DNA of 64,000 nucleotides from a virus (Duplodnaviria; Caudoviricetes): positions 45,883-109,882 of IMG/VR virus record IMGVR_UViG_3300020316_000005. One strand, given 5' to 3'. Numbering within the stretch: position 1 is the first letter of the stretch; each line of letters begins with the position of its first letter. Positions 27,425-37,500 of this stretch are shown here, in pieces. Under the pieces are notes generated by a model. That model did no database searches. It saw nothing but the letters and a program-made list of their open reading frames with translations, and had not been told where the DNA came from. Made by a program: the position numbers and the translations under genes.

Positions 27425-28960
27425 TTAGAACTCTACTACGATCTTAATGTCTTCAATTTGGTCGCCAGCACGGGAGATTGCTCTCCTATTGTCTATGTAG
27501 ATAACTTTTCCTGAGTCCTTTTTCACTTCAGGTTTGGCGTAACCAGAGGTGAATGACATACCCAAATCATACTCAGTGTTGTTAATAACACGAGTTGCTT
27601 CACCAGGAACAATCGGGAAGTTAATATCTGGATCGGCAGAAGTACCAGAACCAGAACCAACGACGGTGTTACCACCATCAAACACGGTCTTACTACCAGA
27701 AATTTCGGGGAAGATACCGTCAACTCTGTTCTGATAGAACTTCAGAACTTTTGTTGTGGAGTTCCAGGAAACAACACGACCTCTAGCAGTCACTTGCTGA
27801 CCACCAATAGTACGAGTCTGTGTAATAATTTCGTCTGTGTTAAACGAACCTGTGAAATCTGGGGAGAAAATCACAGCGTTAGTAGCAGAAAGCGTAATAG
27901 CATCTGCCAATTCTTCTGTACCATACTTGAGGGGGTTCAGAACCAAACCGATACGTCTGTAGTCGTTATCAGTCGGGAAGTCGCCCGAACCTTCATCGTA
28001 GGTAAACTTAGTGTTAATCATCACACGGAAACCACCAAGTTCAACTTGGGGACCTGATCCGTGACCACCTTTCGGGGGAATGATAACGTCGATAGCACCA
28101 CCAGATCCAGTACCAGCACCGATACCGTTCACTTCATCGATGATGACTTTACCGAAGGAGTAGTTAGATCCACCTGATGTAACCGTTGCAGATACGATTC
28201 TACCGCCGTCAACAACGATAGAAATACGACCACCTGTACCATCGCCCTTAATCGGTACGTTCTCATAGGTACCATTATTATATCCAGAACCAGAAGACTG
28301 AATAACAACGGTGTCAATCTCACCACCAACAGCGTCAGAGATAACAGCGGTGTCACTCAAAACTGGCATATAGTCGCCAGAGAAAAACTTCAGCACCTGT
28401 CCCACAGGCACAGTGAACATATACTTCCAACGATAACCATCTGCGGTGGTAATAATAGAAGTAGATGTACCAGTAGGTTCAACAGTAGAAGGTTTACCGT
28501 TGGGATCGCTAGGAGATGTACCGTTGTAGATACACTTGTAGCACTGATACGAAGAGTTCACCACATAGAAGTCTGCATCATATAGTTTGGTAGCACCAGA
28601 AGATGCAGTTTTGGAGGATGAATAGTCGTGACGATACATATCGTACACATAACCCAAACCACCAGTGGTTTGCTCAGGGGGAATCCAGTCAATACGACGA
28701 ATAACCTGAATAGCATCGTTCGCAAGAACACGCTTCATCGAGATCATATCGTCAAAAGAATCCGAAAATTCTTGGAATGAATCGACTGGGGTAGGAGGAT
28801 TATTCTCGTTATCCCATTCCTGAGGGCGTCCAATGAACACATACAGGCGATCACGATTCGCACCAGCAGCGATGTCACTCTGGTTCTTATCGGGACCTTC
28901 CAGAGACTTGATGAATTTTTCCGCAGTAAAAATTCTAAATTGGTCAGTAAGTAGTGCCAT
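27425..28960 (-). CDS. g8: Baseplate wedge subunit gp8
   Basis: YVFIGRPQEW, YDMYRHDY, YKCIYNG, DGYRWKY and C-terminal EDIKIVVEF. Confidence 0.92.
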   Translation of the reverse strand: MALLTDQFRIFTAEKFIKSLEGPDKNQSDIAAGANRDRLYVFIGRPQEWDNENNPPTPVDSFQEFSDSFDDMISMKRVLANDAIQVIRRIDWIPPEQTTGGLGYVYDMYRHDYSSSKTASSGATKLYDADFYVVNSSYQCYKCIYNGTSPSDPNGKPSTVEPTGTSTSIITTADGYRWKYMFTVPVGQVLKFFSGDYMPVLSDTAVISDAVGGEIDTVVIQSSGSGYNNGTYENVPIKGDGTGGRISIVVDGGRIVSATVTSGGSNYSFGKVIIDEVNGIGAGTGSGGAIDVIIPPKGGHGSGPQVELGGFRVMINTKFTYDEGSGDFPTDNDYRRIGLVLNPLKYGTEELADAITLSATNAVIFSPDFTGSFNTDEIITQTRTIGGQQVTARGRVVSWNSTTKVLKFYQNRVDGIFPEISGSKTVFDGGNTVVGSGSGTSADPDINFPIVPGEATRVINNTEYDLGMSFTSGYAKPEVKKDSGKVIYIDNRRAISRAGDQIEDIKIVVEF

Positions 28961-28982
28961 TGAACAGAATCTACCTTCTCTT

Positions 28983-28990
28983 TATTTATA
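28983..28990 (-). promoter_or_regulatory. Late promoter TATAAATA for g8
   Basis: Perfect consensus about 22 nt upstream of the ATG. Confidence 0.85.
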
Positions 28991-28994
28991 GGGG

Positions 28995-30869
28995 TTAGTC
29001 GGGTTCGTTTCTGACGAATGTTGGGAAATTGATCTCTTGGATCGTTCCCACAACACCAGATGATCCACCCGTTATTAGTTCGTTCTTGTTCCAAAGGTAA
29101 TTACCTGAGTTTGGAACAATGGATCCGACAGTCAATACCTTGGTTGCATAATTCCAACCTTCAACTGTCGCGGAGATACCTGTAATCGAACCTGTTACAG
29201 TTTCACCGATGGTATAGTTACCAGTGGTTGGTGCAAGAAGTCTGAATGTAAACTCAACTGTTGCATCGTGTACATCACCATCACCCAACTGTCCAGCGAT
29301 GGACACTGTGGGTGCAAGAGGTGGGTTGGAACCATCAGACATTTGGTCACCAACAGCAAACAGAGTAGTGTTCTGTCCACCAACTGTCTCTTCAATACCA
29401 TACAGAGAAGATGCGATACCACCATCAAGGTTGATCTCGCCTTCAAAGTCTGTATTTGTGTTGATCAAATCGGGAATACCATCACCAAGTCCTTGCAATT
29501 CCGCAATATCTTCAAACGATCTGTCTTGGATATAACTGATAGGAACCGTTAAAGTGACGATTCTTTCACCAATATCTTCCACAGTATTGTGTGGTGCAAC
29601 ACCAGTGGCAGACGCTGAGGACACACCACCAGTGAAGTCAATAACCTGTGACTTGACCTGGGAAGATCCACCATCAATAAAAGCAAGTTCATCAACCTCA
29701 AAGACGAGGTAGAGTGCTCTCTGAGATGGAATCCAGTCGTAAACACGAGCAATCTTGTTGGATGCACTCTCAGTTGTTCTAACAACCCTGTCGCCAACGT
29801 TGAAATTGTACTGAGACACCCCGTAACTGTCATTTGCCAGTGAGTCCAGAGTTACTTTCTGATCGTATCTGAAGTTAAGAGCACGGTCGCAACCTGTGAA
29901 CGAGGTAAGTGTTTTACCCGTATATCTAATAACCTCTCTTCCGACAAGAATTTTGCCTGAACCAGGGTAAGGAGTAGTCGTCTGTACATAGATGGTAGTG
30001 TCGTTTTCACCAACATCTCCCAACAAACCAGTTACATTATATAAATTTGAGTTGAAAGATTGTCTGTTCCTAGAAGCTCTAGTGAGGTTGGTCTTTCTAG
30101 TAAACAGAACCTGGGGGTTAGATGAATAACCGCCGCCGCCATCAAGAATATCGATGGATTCAATAGCGCCCAGATTCAGGTTGGCAACTGCTCTGGCACC
30201 AGAACCACCACCACCATTCAGAAGAATGACAGGGGGAGTTTCATAGAATTCACCAGGGTTGGTGACTCTAACTTGTTTAACAACACCGAATTCATCAACC
30301 TCAGCAACACCAGTAGCACCTTGACCGCCGCCACCAGAAACAATGAGGTTAATATCTCCGAGTTCATAGTTTGAACCTGGTTGTTCCAGGGACAAACCAG
30401 TAATCAGACCTGTAACTGGACGTAATTCAGCTCCAGATCCGCCACCGCCTCTAACAACGGCAGTTGTCTCATCATTAAAATAGAAATCACCATTAGACAA
30501 AACTTGTATATACTGAATCGATCCAGCAGGAGCGATAACAGTACCATCAGGTGCTAACTGATCAGTCTCGTATAGAATTGCTTTTGCTTCAGCACCAGCA
30601 CCGTCACCAACGGTACTGATGTCAATTCTAAATGGATCGTAACCTTCACCTGGGTCGAGAACTTTAACTGCAGCAATCTGACCATTCTGAATGACTGGTT
30701 CTAAGATTGCTTCGCGGATTGGTGTACCGCAATTAGCAATTTTTAATTCTGGTGGGTCTGATGCATTATACCCACTCCCACCATCGTTTACGAAAACGTC
30801 TTTAACGCCAAAGATGGAATTAAAGACGGGTTCAATTACAGCACCAGATCCAGGAACAGTTCTCGGCAT
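28995..30869 (-). CDS. Baseplate-region structural protein with GSGY/GGGGSGA repeats
   Basis: Same repeat type as in the gp7-like giant; located in the baseplate cluster. Confidence 0.8.
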   Translation of the reverse strand: MPRTVPGSGAVIEPVFNSIFGVKDVFVNDGGSGYNASDPPELKIANCGTPIREAILEPVIQNGQIAAVKVLDPGEGYDPFRIDISTVGDGAGAEAKAILYETDQLAPDGTVIAPAGSIQYIQVLSNGDFYFNDETTAVVRGGGGSGAELRPVTGLITGLSLEQPGSNYELGDINLIVSGGGGQGATGVAEVDEFGVVKQVRVTNPGEFYETPPVILLNGGGGSGARAVANLNLGAIESIDILDGGGGYSSNPQVLFTRKTNLTRASRNRQSFNSNLYNVTGLLGDVGENDTTIYVQTTTPYPGSGKILVGREVIRYTGKTLTSFTGCDRALNFRYDQKVTLDSLANDSYGVSQYNFNVGDRVVRTTESASNKIARVYDWIPSQRALYLVFEVDELAFIDGGSSQVKSQVIDFTGGVSSASATGVAPHNTVEDIGERIVTLTVPISYIQDRSFEDIAELQGLGDGIPDLINTNTDFEGEINLDGGIASSLYGIEETVGGQNTTLFAVGDQMSDGSNPPLAPTVSIAGQLGDGDVHDATVEFTFRLLAPTTGNYTIGETVTGSITGISATVEGWNYATKVLTVGSIVPNSGNYLWNKNELITGGSSGVVGTIQEINFPTFVRNEPD

Positions 30870-30872
30870 TTA

Positions 30873-32555
30873 TCAACGAATATCAAGTGTACCATTCATA
30901 GCAGAGTGTGCAGTACACTGATAGTACAGTGTAGTTGGAGCATCGTGAGGAACTGTGAAAGTCTGAACACCAGACTCAGAACCAGTGATACCAGCAGTAT
31001 ATGCACTTTGACCCAGACCAGTAGTGGACTGGATTCTCAATGGGTGAGCACCGCCACCTACGTTATTCAAAACGTATGTAAATCCACGATACAGAACGAT
31101 CGTTGCATTACTCACACCAGGACCAACAAACCCAGGACCCTGAACTGTGTAAGCAGAAGATCCACCTGCTGGGGAGAATCTGAAGAGTAGTGCAGGAGAG
31201 GGTTGATGAATAGTTGCGTTATCGTGACCTTTGATGATGGATGCACCTACAGGAGCATTACCCATCTGACGACGGAATCCTTGGTCAACGTCTTGGAAGT
31301 TAGTACCATCGTTTGCGATCTGCAACTCACCGTTGGTATCGATCTTGATACGCTTAGTTCCAACCTTAATCTCAGCATCTGTAGGGAGAACTAGGTTATC
31401 GTCGGTGTCAATAGCGATCTTCTTGGTTCCACCAGAACCGAAACGAATTTCAGCGCCAGTAGGAATCTCAAGGTTGCCGCTACCATCAAACTTGATTGCC
31501 TTGTTAGCATCAGCACCAAAACGGATGTCTGTTCCAGCAGCAAGATCGAGGTTACCGTTTGCGTCAATAGCAATCGTCTTGGTTGAAGCAATGTCACCAA
31601 AACGGATAGAGCTGTTAGCAGGCAGTTCTAAAATGCCATCACCATCGATGGACATTGTACGACCAGCACCAAAGGAAAGCGGTTGACCACCAAGATCAAT
31701 CGCACCACCTTCATCAAAAGAAACGAGGTTGTTGACAGAAGTGATATGAATATCACCAGTAACATTCAGTTCTTGAGATTGGTTTGCACCTGCAGCAGTA
31801 ACACGAATAAAACCACGTGCACCGCCATTCTCAGCAGTAAAGTCTACAAAATCTGCTACAAACTTAGCACCAGAAGGATCAGCGAACTCCAACTTAGTGC
31901 CAGCCTTCATTGCACTAAAACGAGTGCGGAACTTTTCCTCTGCAGTTGAGTTCTCGGAAGCAAGCTTAGAAGCAACAGTACGAGTAGCACCAGTATCAAT
32001 GCTATTCACAGTATGAACTTGCTTTTTCTTTCTCTGCAGTTCTTGTGTTGTTGGGTCAGAGGAAAGCGCGGTATCACCCAAGTAAATGGTTGAATCGCTC
32101 AGATAGATGTCACGAAACTTGAGTGTAGAAGAACCGATGTCGTAAGTTTCGTTTGTATTAGGAAGGAAGTGGGTGTCAATAACAACGTTACCCGATCCAT
32201 TGTTTGACAGGTTCGTGATAGACGAACCTCCACCTCCACCGCCTTGTAAGTCGTCTCCAGGTTGCCAACGTGCATTAGCATCGTTCCATTTCAGAACCTG
32301 ACCGTTAGTGACTCCACTAACATCAATGTCTGTCAGGTTAGAAACTGCAAGTTGTCCTTCGGTGAAGACGCTGCCATTCCACTTCAGAACCTGATTGGTA
32401 GACGGAGAACCAATACTAATCTGCAGGTTGGTGTTATCACCCAGAGCGGTGTACAACTCATTGATGACGTTATTCAGTTTAATAGCGCCGTCTCTGAGGG
32501 TATCTCCAGTTCCGTCATTAGCGGAAACGCCAATATTCAGATTCTGCTTAGCCAT
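30873..32555 (-). CDS. gp9/gp10-like baseplate tail-fibre connector with a C-terminal cupredoxin-like domain
   Basis: N-terminus KQNLNIG...NDGTGDTLRDG (gp9/10 type); C-terminus HPLRI...LYYQCTAHSAMNG. Confidence 0.8.
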   Translation of the reverse strand: MAKQNLNIGVSANDGTGDTLRDGAIKLNNVINELYTALGDNTNLQISIGSPSTNQVLKWNGSVFTEGQLAVSNLTDIDVSGVTNGQVLKWNDANARWQPGDDLQGGGGGGSSITNLSNNGSGNVVIDTHFLPNTNETYDIGSSTLKFRDIYLSDSTIYLGDTALSSDPTTQELQRKKKQVHTVNSIDTGATRTVASKLASENSTAEEKFRTRFSAMKAGTKLEFADPSGAKFVADFVDFTAENGGARGFIRVTAAGANQSQELNVTGDIHITSVNNLVSFDEGGAIDLGGQPLSFGAGRTMSIDGDGILELPANSSIRFGDIASTKTIAIDANGNLDLAAGTDIRFGADANKAIKFDGSGNLEIPTGAEIRFGSGGTKKIAIDTDDNLVLPTDAEIKVGTKRIKIDTNGELQIANDGTNFQDVDQGFRRQMGNAPVGASIIKGHDNATIHQPSPALLFRFSPAGGSSAYTVQGPGFVGPGVSNATIVLYRGFTYVLNNVGGGAHPLRIQSTTGLGQSAYTAGITGSESGVQTFTVPHDAPTTLYYQCTAHSAMNGTLDIR

Positions 32556-32579
32556 AATAGGGGGGTTTTTCTACAGTTT

Positions 32580-32586
32580 TATTTAT
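32580..32586 (-). promoter_or_regulatory. Late promoter ATAAATA
   Basis: Overlaps the upstream stop codon, about 25 nt before the ATG. Confidence 0.65.
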
Positions 32587-34325
32587 GTAAGGTCAAACTC
32601 ATAGCTGGTGCTGTCTAATCTGATAGAAGTTGTTGTAAAACCAGGGTTTGTATTGTCTCTATCAAATGTGACTGCGGTAACATCATATCTTCCATTAGTA
32701 TCGTCAAACTTGAGAATCGATGTGTAATCAATCTGTGACTCACTACCAGTGACAGTGAGAATAACAAGGTTTGATGCCAAAGGAGAGTTTTGTGCTTGTT
32801 GGGGAGCACCAATAGGTCCAGTGAGGATACATCTGTACCTATACCCCGTCATATACGCCAGAGCAACAAATGAATATGTTGATGAGGTTGCACCACTAAC
32901 GTTTGACCACGCAAAGCCACCGTCAGTAGATACTTGCCATTGATAATTTATAGGTCCGTTTTCAGGTTCGACGATTGCCAAGACCGAAAATTGTTGAGTA
33001 CCACCTGCTGCAATAGTTGCATTAGTTGGTTGATTATTGATAACGAGAGAGGGAGGTTCTGCTGGTCCACCACCTTCACCACCGCCTTGTTCACCACCAC
33101 CCGATTCTTCCTGACCAATACCTTGGTTTGCAGGAATGTTCAGTGCCTCTTTCGATGCAAGACCAAACATATATGGGAACTTAGGTTCCAAAAACTTGTT
33201 AGGTCTAGTGGTAACGACAGCATTATTTGCCATACCAGAGTGATTTACACAGTAATAGTAAATCGTTGCTGGAGCATCATTAGGAACAACAATTTGAGTA
33301 TATGCTCCTGCTTGTCCAGCCTCACCAACTACAGTAACTCCATTGGTATATTCTTGCCCACCAGCGTGGGTACCATTGAGTTGAGTAGAAAAACGAATGG
33401 AGTGACTAGCATTTGATGCATCACTTTGATCAAACTTGTAAGTGCTACCACGAACAAACTCTAGATCAGGATATAGATTGCCATCCAAACGGTATTTATT
33501 ACCATCACTTTCACTTGTTACGGTTACAGTATATGTGATGTTCTCAGATTCATCTGGGAACACTGTGACAAAATAAGCAAATGTTCCTAAGGGGAACTCA
33601 GGAGTTTTTGCAAACCTTCCGTTAAATGAATCTAGGTGTCTTCCAGGAATAGACTCGTCATACACAAAATCCTGCATAAAGGATCCTGCAGGGTATGTGC
33701 TATAAGAAGGTCTATTTACTGCTTCAGTTTCTCTGAGTTTATACCCAGGTTTCATAATCTGCACAGCAGATTCATTATCATTTGGATCGGAGTATCCATA
33801 GGGTCCATAAACAGGATACCCATCAAAACAATAACCAAGAATCTTGGAGTGCCCATCAGGGTGACGAAGGTTATCACCTTGGAACTGAGTCAAACCATAA
33901 TAATCATTATATCCAGCAATCACCTGGTTTGCTTTCCAGCAATCCATAAAATGAGCATCGTGATAGTGGTATTGCCCCGATTGCTCAGGGTGACCACCAC
34001 ATTCATCCTCACCAAAATTAACCTGTGGATTGTGTCCAGCAGCAATCCAGTTAAATCCCGCTGGAGGATCTCCACCATCACCAGCACTGGGATTAAAGAG
34101 TGCAACACCATTTGCTGCAATACCAACAATACCTAAAGGTACAGTAGATCCTCCAGATGTATTATCACCGCCTCTATCTGTAAAAGCGTGACTAAAGGTA
34201 TAACTTGTAACTGAGTTTGGGTTATTTGCATTAGGGAACGTTCCGTAACTGACTGGTGTTGGTAATCCATCACCCGTTACCGTTAGGATGTCTGTTACTG
34301 CGTTGTAAGAACCTGTTGCTGCCAT
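32583..34325 (-). CDS. YHYH-domain structural protein with cupredoxin-like and Ig-like domains
   Basis: GIAANGV, GGHP...GQYHYH, HSKILG...DGYPVYGPYG; YYYCVNHSGM; YQWQ...YRYRC Ig-like motif. Confidence 0.85.
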   Translation of the reverse strand: MAATGSYNAVTDILTVTGDGLPTPVSYGTFPNANNPNSVTSYTFSHAFTDRGGDNTSGGSTVPLGIVGIAANGVALFNPSAGDGGDPPAGFNWIAAGHNPQVNFGEDECGGHPEQSGQYHYHDAHFMDCWKANQVIAGYNDYYGLTQFQGDNLRHPDGHSKILGYCFDGYPVYGPYGYSDPNDNESAVQIMKPGYKLRETEAVNRPSYSTYPAGSFMQDFVYDESIPGRHLDSFNGRFAKTPEFPLGTFAYFVTVFPDESENITYTVTVTSESDGNKYRLDGNLYPDLEFVRGSTYKFDQSDASNASHSIRFSTQLNGTHAGGQEYTNGVTVVGEAGQAGAYTQIVVPNDAPATIYYYCVNHSGMANNAVVTTRPNKFLEPKFPYMFGLASKEALNIPANQGIGQEESGGGEQGGGEGGGPAEPPSLVINNQPTNATIAAGGTQQFSVLAIVEPENGPINYQWQVSTDGGFAWSNVSGATSSTYSFVALAYMTGYRYRCILTGPIGAPQQAQNSPLASNLVILTVTGSESQIDYTSILKFDDTNGRYDVTAVTFDRDNTNPGFTTTSIRLDSTSYEFDLT

Positions 34326-34330
34326 AGCAG

Positions 34331-34522
34331 TTACATATTAGAGAAGTTATAGTCCATAATCATTGCAAACAAACTCGATTTCAACTGCTGAAGATACACT
34401 TGCTCTTCAGCAGGTCGAGCAGGAGAACCAGGCCAAATCTCAATTAAATATGATATAGAGTTGTGAAGAGCACGAATTTCATCAATGCTCATCGACCACT
34501 GGATGGTGAATTCTTCGTCCAT
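34331..34522 (-). CDS. Small hypothetical protein
   Basis: WPGSPARPAEEQ motif; fills the gap; TAAATA just upstream. Confidence 0.75.
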   Translation of the reverse strand: MDEEFTIQWSMSIDEIRALHNSISYLIEIWPGSPARPAEEQVYLQQLKSSLFAMIMDYNFSNM

Positions 34523-34530
34523 AATGCTAT

Positions 34531-37500
34531 TTAGTTGTCGTCAAAGATCTGGTCTGAGGTGAATCCTGGGATCACGGTTGCACCGATATTGATCGTTAGG
34601 ACTGCAGAGTTGGAGAGCGTTGGAGTTGCGCCCGCTGCAGTGAGACCACATCTGAACTCGTCACCACCATCACCTTGAGTTGTAGCACTCGTAGTGTAAG
34701 TTGGGCTAGTTGCGCCTGGGATGTTAGTCCAGGAAGTTGTTCCATAGTCCTTCTTCTGCCACTGGTAAGCGATTGTACCGCCTGCAGGGTTAGTGGAAGC
34801 GACCACGGTGAACGATGCGGTTTGTCCTTGGTTGACAGTTGTGTTAACTGGTTGAGATTCGATGACGATTGCCTGTTCGCCCTGTGCCTCAGTTTCGCCA
34901 GGAGGAACGTAATTCGGATCGTAGATGTCAATACCACCGTTGAGAGGAGCACCAGTAGGTGCGAAGAAGTTGTCTGCAACAGTCGTGTTGACTGCAACGG
35001 TAGGTTGAACATAACCCTGACCTGCGTTCTTCACGTCAATGCGTGCGAGACCAACAAGTGCCTTAATGCGTGCACCAAAACCAGAGGAGGAAATCACATC
35101 AACCTGTGGGCGTGAACTGTAACCATCACCAGAGTTGGTAAGAATTGCCTTGGTAACGCGACCCTTTTCAATCTCTGCCAACGCTTGACCGTTACGACCG
35201 CGAACAGCGCCTGAGTATTCAAACGTGATCAGGGAGTTGGAAGATTCAATCAGAGCAACCTCTCTATTCTCGTCCTCACCTTCGATCTGCAGAATGTCAC
35301 CCGATTCGATCGGAGGAACGACGGTTGCCGCGATAACGTCAACGTCAGAACCGATGTAGGAGAAGGCAACGAAGGTCGAACCTGCGCGAGGAATCTCGGA
35401 GAAGATGATTCTAGAACCAACGATCTCGAAACCAATTCCAGGTTCCTGAATAACACCGTTCAACTGACAGATGATGTTATTCTCAGGTCTAATCGTGTTG
35501 GACTGAACACCTTCAGTCAGAGTCAGTGAGTAGAACACACCACCCAGTTTCAGGTTGAAGGAGTTCCTCAACGAGTCGAAGTCGAAGGAGATGTCATCCA
35601 ACTGTCTCAGTTTACCCACGTAGACGCCGTGGAACGTGGAGTTGATAGCAGGTGCTTCAGTGAACTGAATGTTGTCAGAGAATGCCGTGTAAGCGTTGTT
35701 ACCGCCAGGAGGTTGGAGGATACCATTCACGAAGATCATCATATGACCTGCGGGATCTGGGAAGTAAGGAGTTCCGTTCTCAGTGGTCAACTTGAAGTTC
35801 TGTTGAGAACCATCAAAACCACGGAAGAATCTCTTCACGCGCCCGCGTAAGTATTTCGCCCCACCACAAGCACCTTGGAATCCAAAGTCACCAATAATCT
35901 GAGAGTTCTTCTGGAATGTTCCCCTAGTATCTTCCAGGTGGATAATCAGACGAAGACCAACTTGTTCAATCTTCGCGACCTTACCATATGCAGAAGTCGG
36001 TGTGATTGTAACGTTAGAGATCGCGCTGGTGTAAACACTTGGGAAGTTAGAACCAGGAGGAATCTTGGCAAGTTGATATGCAGTATTGTTTGCAATAGCA
36101 GTCAGGTCATTACTCAAATCGTTAATGATACCAATGTATCTGTTCGTCTCGTTAGCGAGGTAAACGTGATTGTTATCAGTATCGTGCTCGGTAACCACGA
36201 AGGTGTGACCCACAGACTGACCTGCGTTTTGGAGTTGCAGCACGTCACCGACCTCGAATGTGTCTGTAACACCAGTATCAGTGGTCAAACTTGCATACGT
36301 GAAGCGTGTGATCTCTGTAGAGTGCAGATACTCACCAAATCCAGGAAGAATATTAAATCCTTCAATATCAATGATCTGATCGGTAACAGAACCGTAGATA
36401 ACATCTCTCTCCTTGAATTCGCCTTTGACAGTTTCGATGTCAAATGTAACGCGACCAAGTTGGTTAGCGGTAAGAGCACCGTCATTATTACGGACGATTA
36501 GTGCATTTGCCTTACCAGAATCTTCTTTGGAGTAAATGATGTCAGTTGCAATGAACTCACCCTTGTCGAAGTTGACCAGGATTCTATCGTCGGGAATACT
36601 TGTGATCGATGCTTGTGCACCGCTAGTAGTTCCCTCAATAACATCACCTTGCTGGAATTGACCACCATTGACGATGAGTTTGACGTAACCCGTACCAGTT
36701 GCTCCAGTAGAAGCGAGCAACGTTGAGGTATTTCCAGTAGCACCCTGAACAACCACAGTTTCACCAAGAGTGAAGAAGGTTTCAGTTGTGACATTAACTT
36801 CTGCGTGCTTAACCTTGTACATAACCTCTGCGAGGTTGTCCTGAATACGGATAACCTCACCGTATGCACCCGAAGAAGTGCCATAGAAGATGTCAGCAGG
36901 TTGAATACCACCAGTGATAGGAGTAGGAATGACACGATCACCATATGTAGTGGCAATTCTGTCAATACCGCTCTCACGCAAGCAGACGAGAGTGTGAATT
37001 TGACCTGCAGTTCCAGGTGTCAGACTTGTAATCTTGTGACCATCGATATATTCTGCCAACCAAATGGTATTTGCAGTCGTATCGGGGTGAATATAATATT
37101 GCGTGAATGTAAGTTCAGCAATATTGCTACCGAGAACTTGATAATTGACTCTATCGTATGCCTCAAACGGATGACCCGCAGCAGTGATAGAACCGTTGGT
37201 ATTGACTGCAACACCAGCGTCGAAGGACTGCTTAAGGATAACTGTCGGAGGAGTAGAACGCAGCAGAGCAGTCTGAATAAAATGATCAAGTTGATCGATC
37301 TTATGCTCAGCGTAAACAGTTGGGCGAAGTTCGCGATCCGTGTACGTGGGTTCCTGATTGTAAACACCAGGAGTAGTTGCTCTCTGACCAATGATTTCCT
37401 TACAGAAATCTTTAATTGCAGTTGCGTGATAGATCAAATAAGTTCTGAAGACGCCAGGGAATGCAATAAAGTTACCCTCAGCATCGAACCAAGAGTTAAC

